Origin: Lachnospiraceae bacterium | GTDB lineage: Bacteria; Bacillota; Clostridia; Lachnospirales; Lachnospiraceae | Length of the DNA: 64,000 bases | NCBI GenBank assembly: GCA_022799355.1 | Contig: JAAWOG010000010.1 | Location: 5,766 to 69,765, forward strand | Direction of reading: 5' to 3' | In this document: piece by piece, positions 54,438 to 61,776 of the stretch | Layout of the letters: each line of letters starts with the position of its first letter | Position numbering within the stretch: position 1 is the first letter of the stretch | Made by a program: the position numbers and the translations under genes | The notes under the pieces: model-generated | Seen by the model: the letters and a program-made list of their open reading frames with translations, nothing else | The model's database searches: none | What the model was told of the DNA's origin: nothing

Positions 54438-56106
54438 GAGAGGACTGTCAGTGCGTTTTTATCAATATGGCGGTCTGCTGCTTTTTAGCATCTGGCTGCT
54501 GCTTGGCTCTTTGTGGGCACAGGGGAAGAAGGAGGAAGTCTGTCCCATTACGGATTATGTGGTCAGTTCGGAGGTTTTAGGAGAGCTGGCGGCGGGGAGA
54601 GAAGAGGGCGACCTTTTGGAGCAAAAAGAAGCGGGACTTTATCTGAACGGATATCATGTGCCTTTGGAGAAAGAAAAAAAGCTCTTTTATATTTCCCAGC
54701 CGGCGGAGGCCGGGGAATGGAGAGGGGATCTGAAACCCTATGGCGCGGAACTGTATGTTTCGGAGGATGAGTATCTGGCAAAACTCCCTCAGGCGATCGG
54801 AGAGGGACATATTTTTAAAGCGCTGCTTTGTACGAAAGACAGGTATCAGGAGATCGGTATCGTGCTTACGGGGATGCCGGTAGTCGATATAGAGACGGAA
54901 AGGGAGGAGACCCAGGAGTATCCGATTGAGGACATTGATAATTATGTGTTCAATTCGGAGACTCGCTATTATGGCGATATCACTGTTTTTCAGTCAGGAA
55001 ATTCGGCGCTGCCGGGGAAAGAGGGAGAGGTAAAGGGAGAATATCAGATTTTGCGGCGGAAGGTCTGCTATCATGAGAGAGGACAAAATTCCGCGCTGTT
55101 CGGGAAAAAGAGTTATGCGGTAAAACTTCTGGATCAAAAAGAGAAGGGTATTTCGGAGCCGTTATTTGGTATGCAGCGCAGTGCGGACTGGAAGCTGCTT
55201 GCCATGTATTCCGATCCCAATAAACTCAGAGATAAGGTCTCCATGGATCTATGGGAGGAGATAGCAAAAGGGGAGGAACGGTTTAACGAGAGGGGCCCGG
55301 AGATGGAATACTGTGAAGTGATTTTGGACGGACAGTATATGGGACTCTACGGTATGATGCTTCCTGTGGATGAGAATACGCTGGAACTCGGGGAGCAGGA
55401 TGTGCTGTACAAGGTGCTGGACTGGTATATGCCGGAGGAGGCGGATATTCAGGCTTCCGTGGATCAGAACTATGAGGTATGCTATCCTGTGCGCGTCAGA
55501 TACCCGAAGAAGGAAGATGTACCGGTCGGAAAGCTGTGGGAGCCTGTCAGGGAGTATTTTACCTGTAAATACTGGAGGATGGATTTTAACGCTTATTCGG
55601 AGATTACCTGCACGGAAAATCTGGCGGATTATTATATTTTTATTCAGGCGGTTTCGGGATTTGACAATTATCTGAAAAATACGTATATTTTAGCTAAAAA
55701 GGTGGATGGGACGCCGGAATGGAAAATGCTCACGATTCCCTGGGATCTGAATTATACTTTTGGGAACTGCTATGATTATGACGCCGATAAAAACTATACG
55801 GCATTCAATTCTGACACAAGTGTCAACTATGTGGAGCCTGTGCTGGAACAGCTCTTCCGCTCGAGTTTTAACGGGGAAGCGGAGATTTTGAAAGCAAGAT
55901 GGGAAAAATATCGCGCCGGCACGCTCAGTACGGAGCATATTATCGATCTTTTGCAGGAGAATATGGACTATCTGTGTAACACAGGGGCTTTTCGGAGGGA
56001 TACCGAAAAGTGGGAGGACGCAGGAAACAGCGCGGATCTGACGGAAGTGAAGGCGTATGTGGAAGGGCGGATGGAGTATCTGGACGGATATTTCGGAAAT
56101 TTTTGA
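54421..56106 (+). CDS. CotH kinase-family protein, exported (tandem paralog 2)
   Basis: 561 aa, collinear with 52740..54437 (YPIEDIDNYVFNSETRYYGDITVF, VCYHERGQNSALFGKKSYAVKL, ADWKLLAMYSDPNKLRDK, YCEVILDGQYMGLYGMMLPVDENTL, LTIPWDLNYTFG). The start overlaps the upstream stop by 17 nt. Confidence 0.7.
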   Translation: MNISGKRGLSVRFYQYGGLLLFSIWLLLGSLWAQGKKEEVCPITDYVVSSEVLGELAAGREEGDLLEQKEAGLYLNGYHVPLEKEKKLFYISQPAEAGEWRGDLKPYGAELYVSEDEYLAKLPQAIGEGHIFKALLCTKDRYQEIGIVLTGMPVVDIETEREETQEYPIEDIDNYVFNSETRYYGDITVFQSGNSALPGKEGEVKGEYQILRRKVCYHERGQNSALFGKKSYAVKLLDQKEKGISEPLFGMQRSADWKLLAMYSDPNKLRDKVSMDLWEEIAKGEERFNERGPEMEYCEVILDGQYMGLYGMMLPVDENTLELGEQDVLYKVLDWYMPEEADIQASVDQNYEVCYPVRVRYPKKEDVPVGKLWEPVREYFTCKYWRMDFNAYSEITCTENLADYYIFIQAVSGFDNYLKNTYILAKKVDGTPEWKMLTIPWDLNYTFGNCYDYDADKNYTAFNSDTSVNYVEPVLEQLFRSSFNGEAEILKARWEKYRAGTLSTEHIIDLLQENMDYLCNTGAFRRDTEKWEDAGNSADLTEVKAYVEGRMEYLDGYFGNF

Positions 56107-56174
56107 CGAAATGACAGGATAATTTGTGTTATTCGGGAAATTATGGTAAACTGTTATTTCATAGGGAAACGGTG

Positions 56175-57341
56175 ATGAACGACAGAATTTATGTATGCCA
56201 TACATACTATCATGCGTATGTGGCATTTTTGAAAGAACTAAAACTGCGCCGGGAGAAGGCGGACAGCGGAGAGGCTGCACTGGTACTGAGCAGCATGTCC
56301 AATGATTTTGAACAGTTCGGGGAGCGGGTAAGGGGCACCGGACTGTTTGCTGATGTTATTTCCTTCGATGAGAAGCGTGAGGACTATTTTCCGGAACTTG
56401 CGTCCTTTCGGCAGGATAAGGGAAATATTGTTTTGAATATGTGGCAGCGCATTCGCTTTACAAAGCGCTATGCGGAGCTGGAAGCGCCCTTTGTCCCGGT
56501 AGATTTCAGAAAATACCGGGAAATTTTTGTGTTCTGCGATTCCGATCCCATAGGTTATTATCTGAATCAGAATAAGATTTATTATCATGCGCTGGAGGAC
56601 GGGCTGAACTGCCTTGTCCATTTTGATGCGGCGAGATATGATAACAGGGGGCATTTCGGGCTGAAAGCCTTTTTATCCAAAAAGCTGAACCTGATCTTTG
56701 TGCAGAACGGTTATGGAAAATACTGTCTGGATATGGAAGTCAACAGTATTTCCGCAATTACCATGCCCTGTCCTTACTATAAAGAACTGCCCAGGCAGAT
56801 GCTGGTGGATGCGCTGACGGGAGAGGATAAGAATATTATATTGCGGGCTTTTGTCAGGGATATGGATGGACTAGTGAGAAAGATCAGGGAGTGCGGCGCA
56901 GGTTCCTCCGAAATGGAAGAGGCGCCGGATAAACGGAAAGAAGAGACAAAGAAAACAGGGACAGGCGGTAAAAAGCGGGATAAAATACTGCTTCTGACCG
57001 ATCCGCTCTGTACACTCGATGTCAGGGAACGGATTTTCCGGGATATCGTTGCGGAGTATGAAAAACAGGGACAGATTTTCATAAAGCCCCATCCGCGGGA
57101 CGAGCTGGATTATCGAAAGGTATTTCCCGGTTATCCCATGTTTGATGCGACGGTCCCGATGGAAATGCTGAACTTTTTCCCCGACCTGCATTTTGAACAG
57201 GTAGTCACGGTCTTTACGGATTTAAAGGGAATCCGTTTTGCGGATAAGCTGGTCCGCCTTGGAGATGAATTTATGGACAAGTATGAAGATCCGGAGATCC
57301 ATAACCAGAATAAGCGGATCGGTATTATCGAGAAGGATTGA
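56175..57341 (+). CDS. GT-B glycosyltransferase with bacterial sialyltransferase-type motifs (GT52-like; candidate nonulosonic-acid or other keto-sugar transferase)
   Basis: The ORF track starts at 56124; ATG 56175 gives MNDRIYVCHTYYHAYVAF. It carries a D/E-D/E-G motif (YYHALEDGLN) and an HP motif (IFIKPHPRDE) in the order and spacing typical of GT52/GT38/GT80 sialyltransferases. A Lys/Glu-rich low-complexity linker (..EEAPDKRKEETKKTGTGGKKRDK..) lies between the two halves. Confidence 0.5.
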   Translation: MNDRIYVCHTYYHAYVAFLKELKLRREKADSGEAALVLSSMSNDFEQFGERVRGTGLFADVISFDEKREDYFPELASFRQDKGNIVLNMWQRIRFTKRYAELEAPFVPVDFRKYREIFVFCDSDPIGYYLNQNKIYYHALEDGLNCLVHFDAARYDNRGHFGLKAFLSKKLNLIFVQNGYGKYCLDMEVNSISAITMPCPYYKELPRQMLVDALTGEDKNIILRAFVRDMDGLVRKIRECGAGSSEMEEAPDKRKEETKKTGTGGKKRDKILLLTDPLCTLDVRERIFRDIVAEYEKQGQIFIKPHPRDELDYRKVFPGYPMFDATVPMEMLNFFPDLHFEQVVTVFTDLKGIRFADKLVRLGDEFMDKYEDPEIHNQNKRIGIIEKD

Positions 57342-57362
57342 AAACCAGGGAGTTGATATACT

Positions 57363-59111
57363 ATGCAAGAAATCTTAAAAAAACTGAATGTCCTGCTGGA
57401 TAAAAAACAGAAGCAGACCATGTTGTTTATGGTTCTGATGATGATATTCGGCGCTGTTTTGGAGGCGTGCAGCGTGTCTATGGTCATTCCGGTGGTGGGA
57501 GTGGTCATTGATGAAAATTCCATTCAGAAATACGATATTGTGGGGAGAGTATACAATGCACTCCATATGCAGAGTGTGATGCAGTTTGCCCTTTTGATGA
57601 TGGCTGCGCTTATTTTGATCTTTATCGTGAAAAATATTTATCTTTACTGGCAAATGAAGTTTATGTATCGGTTTGTTTATACGAACCAGTTCCGGACTTC
57701 TGAGCGGATGATGAAAAACTATCTGCGGAAGGGGTATGAGTTTTACTTAAATGCGGATACTGCGGTCATTCAGAGAAATATCACCTCCGATGTCAATAAT
57801 ATGTATGCGCTGATTCTGTCCCTGCTGCAGCTTATCTCGGAGATTATTGTGTTTGTGGTACTGCTCGGCGTGATGGTGGCTTCGGACTGGAAGATGACGA
57901 TAGTGATCGCCCTTCCTCTGCTTCTGACGCTCTTTATCATCAAAAAAGTGGTAAAGCCTATTATGAACAGGGCGGGGAAGGAAAATCAGGATTTTTACAG
58001 TGGTTTATTTAAGTGGATATCCCAGACCGTGCAGGGGATTAAAGAGGTGAAGATCGCCGGAAAAGAGCAGTATTTTACGGAAGAATATATCAAGTGCGGT
58101 AGGGGCTATGTGAATGCGGTCCAGAAATACACGCTCTATAACAGCATCCCCCGGCTTTTGATCGAGACAGTCTGTATTGCCAGCCTTGTGGGCTATATGA
58201 TGATCCTTGTGAGCCAGGGAGAGAGCGTGAAGGAAGTGACGGCAGTGCTCTCCGCCTTTGTGGTGGCGGCGGTGCGGATGATGCCCTGCGCAAACAGGAT
58301 CAACAACCAGCTCACGTCCATGGCCTTTTACCAGCCCTTCTTTATGGGCGTCAGCGATAATCTGCAGGATGAGATCTCAGGGGAAAATACAGATATGAGC
58401 TTTGCGGTGGTGGCAAAGGAAAAACTGCCCGTGAAAAAGAGCATTGAGCTGCGGGATATCACTTACCATTATCCGGGAGCGGAGCCGCTTATTTTCGACC
58501 ATGCGAATATGGAAATTCCGGTGGGCGCGGCGGTAGGCATAGTGGGAACATCCGGCGCCGGAAAGACTACGATAGTGGATATTCTGTTGGGGCTTTTGGA
58601 GATCAGGACCGGCGGGGTTTACGCTGACGGTGTCAGCATCAAAGAAAACTACAGAAGCTGGCTGAAGAATGTGGGCTATATTCCCCAGATGATCTTTATG
58701 CTGGATGATACGATCCGCAAGAATGTGGCGTTTGGCATCGCGGAAGAGGAGATTGATGAGAAGAGACTCTGGGAGGTACTGAAGGAAGCACAGCTCGATG
58801 AGTTTGTGAGGAGCCTGCCGGATGGCGTAAACACGAGTATCGGAGAGCGGGGCATCCGCATTTCCGGCGGACAGAGGCAGCGTATCGGCATTGCGAGAGC
58901 GCTCTACTATGATCCGGAGGTGCTGATCCTGGATGAGGCGACGTCTGCGCTGGATAATGACACGGAGGCGGCGATCATGGATTCCATCAACAGCCTGCAC
59001 GGCAGAAAGACGCTGATTATCATTGCCCACAGGCTGCAGACGATAGAGAAGTGCGATATGATCTATCGTGTGGAAGGCGGGAAGGCGGTTTTGGAGAGAG
59101 GCAGGAATTAA
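57363..59111 (+). CDS. ABC exporter, fused permease-ATPase half-transporter (MsbA/PglK-like)
   Basis: 582 aa. Six N-terminal TM helices, Walker A GTSGAGKTT, signature ISGGQRQR, Walker B LILDEATSALD, and H-loop IIIAHRL. Confidence 0.85.
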   Translation: MQEILKKLNVLLDKKQKQTMLFMVLMMIFGAVLEACSVSMVIPVVGVVIDENSIQKYDIVGRVYNALHMQSVMQFALLMMAALILIFIVKNIYLYWQMKFMYRFVYTNQFRTSERMMKNYLRKGYEFYLNADTAVIQRNITSDVNNMYALILSLLQLISEIIVFVVLLGVMVASDWKMTIVIALPLLLTLFIIKKVVKPIMNRAGKENQDFYSGLFKWISQTVQGIKEVKIAGKEQYFTEEYIKCGRGYVNAVQKYTLYNSIPRLLIETVCIASLVGYMMILVSQGESVKEVTAVLSAFVVAAVRMMPCANRINNQLTSMAFYQPFFMGVSDNLQDEISGENTDMSFAVVAKEKLPVKKSIELRDITYHYPGAEPLIFDHANMEIPVGAAVGIVGTSGAGKTTIVDILLGLLEIRTGGVYADGVSIKENYRSWLKNVGYIPQMIFMLDDTIRKNVAFGIAEEEIDEKRLWEVLKEAQLDEFVRSLPDGVNTSIGERGIRISGGQRQRIGIARALYYDPEVLILDEATSALDNDTEAAIMDSINSLHGRKTLIIIAHRLQTIEKCDMIYRVEGGKAVLERGRN

Positions 59112-59126
59112 AAAGGTGTCAGAAAA

Positions 59127-60716
59127 ATGAATCGAAAATTTGCTGCGAATATAAAAAGAATAGTTGTAGGAATAGTGACGGTAATTGGGCTTACAATTTT
59201 TGGATATTTGACATGGTACAGCTTTAGATTTACTTATAATTTTATTCCTGAATATAGTGAATTATTTGATATAGAAAAGGATAATCTGTTTTTGCATTGT
59301 ATTACACTTGTGATCTGTATTTTATCACTAAGCTTTTTCGGTAATATTGGAAAAGATGTATCAGAAAATACAAAGTTAAAAGCAGAAAAATTTGTGTTAA
59401 TTTTTGCTATGTTGTCTATGACAATTGCCGGAATCTTGTGGGTTTCCGTTGTTCACGCTCAGCCCTGTACCGATCAGAGGTGGGTGGTGGAAGGCGCATG
59501 TTCACTTATGGATGGAGATTATAGAATATTGGAGCCGGATCAGTATTTTGGAACATATACTTATCAGCTTTGTCTTGCGGTGATATTTCGTTTTTTATTT
59601 ACGATAAGCGGAGTACGGGACTATCATATAATACAATACTGTAATGTGCTCTGCATTCCTGTTATTGTTTTGGCTGGATATAAGATTGTAAAGAATTTGG
59701 GTGGCAGAAGTAAATCAGGTATTTTTTATTGCCTGCTCATTATGACATGTTTCCCTTTGCTATTGTATACACCATTTGTTTATGGAGAAATTTTCTCAGT
59801 AATGGCAGGTATGGTTTTTGTATGGGGGCTGATGGCATTTGTACGAGGAAGGCAGAAAAAGTGGATGCCACTGGTTGTTGTGAGTGCGGTTTTCGGGGTG
59901 CTTACAAGAGGAAATTTTTGGATAGTAATTATAGCTGCCTGCATTATTTTAATGTTATGTGGACTGTGGAGGAAGAATGGGGCGATGTTATTGCTTATGC
60001 TGCTTATTGTAGTAATGCCCATCTGTATGAAAAACGGAATTGAACTGATTTACGAGCAGCGATCTGGTTTGAGACTGGATCAGGGAACGCCATTTATCAG
60101 TACGATTGCAATGGGAGTGCATGATGAAGGAAATCAGCCGGCGGGCTGGAGTAATCTTCATGACTATTATGCGTATGCATTGAACGATTGTGACAGAGAA
60201 AAAGCTGCAGAATTTTCTAAAGAATACCTGCGGATCCGCATGGCGGCGTTTCGTGAGGGAAGTGCTGATTGGAAAGCTTTTTATAAAGAGAAACTTTTAA
60301 CCCAATGGGAGGAACCTACCTGGCAGAGCCTTTTGGCAAATCATGACTTTGCAGAAGAACCGGGAGAGGTTGTCAACAGTATTTATTATGGAAATCTGAA
60401 AAATATTCTTTTGGGATTTTTAAATGAGTACCAGTGGTTGCTGTATGTGGGAGTGTGTTTATTTTTCTGGTATTGTTTTATAAAAAAAGTACCGTTTTAT
60501 ATGTTGCTTCCAGAAATAATTTTGATTGGGGGAGTACTGTTTAGTCTATTGTGGGAAGCTAAAACAAGGTATAGTTTTCCGTATATGATATATATGTTGC
60601 CCTGCATGTCAATAGGGTTAGTGGAAGTCTCAGAAATGATTTTTGACAAAATCCAAAAAAACAGAAAATGGAAAATAAAAAAGAAAGATGAGATATTGGG
60701 AGAAAAGATGGCATGA
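59127..60716 (+). CDS. GT-C-like polytopic membrane protein encoded by a sharply AT-rich gene
   Basis: 529 aa with at least 11 TM segments. An external loop reads ..HAQPCTDQRWVVEGACSLMDGDYRILEPDQYFGTYTYQL... My hand count gives 28% GC at 59281-59340, against 52% at 58981-59040 and 50% at 60901-60960. It shares an ATGA overlap with the next gene. Confidence 0.55.
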   Translation: MNRKFAANIKRIVVGIVTVIGLTIFGYLTWYSFRFTYNFIPEYSELFDIEKDNLFLHCITLVICILSLSFFGNIGKDVSENTKLKAEKFVLIFAMLSMTIAGILWVSVVHAQPCTDQRWVVEGACSLMDGDYRILEPDQYFGTYTYQLCLAVIFRFLFTISGVRDYHIIQYCNVLCIPVIVLAGYKIVKNLGGRSKSGIFYCLLIMTCFPLLLYTPFVYGEIFSVMAGMVFVWGLMAFVRGRQKKWMPLVVVSAVFGVLTRGNFWIVIIAACIILMLCGLWRKNGAMLLLMLLIVVMPICMKNGIELIYEQRSGLRLDQGTPFISTIAMGVHDEGNQPAGWSNLHDYYAYALNDCDREKAAEFSKEYLRIRMAAFREGSADWKAFYKEKLLTQWEEPTWQSLLANHDFAEEPGEVVNSIYYGNLKNILLGFLNEYQWLLYVGVCLFFWYCFIKKVPFYMLLPEIILIGGVLFSLLWEAKTRYSFPYMIYMLPCMSIGLVEVSEMIFDKIQKNRKWKIKKKDEILGEKMA

Positions 60717-61729
60717 AATGCAGCGTGATCGTACCGGTCTTTAATATGGCGGCGGACGGAAAACTGGAATATTGTTTAAATTCTCTGATGCACCAGACGT
60801 TGCGGGATCTGGAGATCATTGCGGTGGATGATGCTTCAACGGATGGTTCTCTGGAGATATTAAGGCGCTATGAGGCGGATTATCCGGAAAGATGCAAGGT
60901 GATTCATTATGAAAAGAACAAGCGGCAGGGCGGCGCCAAGAATGAAGGGCTGAAGATTGCTTCCGGTGAGTGGATCGGTTTTTTGGACAGCGATGACTGG
61001 GTATCACCTGATTTTTATGAGAGGCTGATTAAAAAGGCGGAGGAAACAAAAGCCGATGTGGTCGGATGTGATTATTCACTTGTGTCGGAACATACGATGG
61101 AAGTCGGGAGAATTGTGAAAAACAACACCGATGATCAGACCGGCATCTGTGATGAGGCGCAGCACAGAAAGCTTGTGATGCGGCCGGGCAGTATGGTTAT
61201 TAAGGTATACCGGGGCAGTATGATCCGTGAGAACGGACTGGATTTTCCGGAGGGGATCTTTTATGAAGATAACTGCGCGGGAACGGTCTGGATGTTGTAC
61301 TGCGGGCGTTTTGAAAAGATAAATGAGCCGCTTTACTATTATTATCAGCATGATGTGTCCACGGTACATTATATTTCGGAGGAAAAGTGCAGAGACCGGA
61401 TGAAAGCCGGGGAGCTGATGGTGATGGAGTGCAGCAGCCGGGGATTTATAACAAAATACCGCCCGGAGATCGAGTTTCGCTTTGCGGAGACTTATTATAT
61501 CACGACATTGTTCTCCTACATGTCCGGTGTCAGGCACAGAAAACTTTCCTTCCTTGCGGAGCTGCGGGACGGGATGAAGAAATACTTCCCGGATTTTCAG
61601 GACAATCCGTATTATTTAAGAGAGATCGGGGCGGAGGAGAGAAAACTAGCAAAGCTTCATCAAAGGAGTAATCTCGGATTTTATTGTTACTATATTGCAT
61701 TAAATACATGGAGAAAACTGAGAAAGTAA
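60713..61729 (+). CDS. GT2 glycosyltransferase (soluble, GT-A fold)
   Basis: CSVIVPVFNMA, EIIAVDDASTDGS, the FLDSDDW DxD motif, and 338 aa with no TM segment. Confidence 0.85.
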   Translation: MKCSVIVPVFNMAADGKLEYCLNSLMHQTLRDLEIIAVDDASTDGSLEILRRYEADYPERCKVIHYEKNKRQGGAKNEGLKIASGEWIGFLDSDDWVSPDFYERLIKKAEETKADVVGCDYSLVSEHTMEVGRIVKNNTDDQTGICDEAQHRKLVMRPGSMVIKVYRGSMIRENGLDFPEGIFYEDNCAGTVWMLYCGRFEKINEPLYYYYQHDVSTVHYISEEKCRDRMKAGELMVMECSSRGFITKYRPEIEFRFAETYYITTLFSYMSGVRHRKLSFLAELRDGMKKYFPDFQDNPYYLREIGAEERKLAKLHQRSNLGFYCYYIALNTWRKLRK

Positions 61730-61776
61730 TGGTAATAGCGATGCCGTGAGAGCAGTTACGGAACTGGAACTAAAAT

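Noticed and set aside
55690-56280. 196-aa minus-strand ORF spanning the CotH / GT52-like junction
   Set aside because: It overlaps two well-supported plus-strand genes and their short spacer. It has no SD and no motifs.
58377-59030. 217-aa minus-strand ORF opposite the ABC ATPase domain
   Set aside because: The plus strand encodes Walker A, signature and Walker B motifs in the correct order. The antisense ORF is an artefact of GC-rich codon usage.
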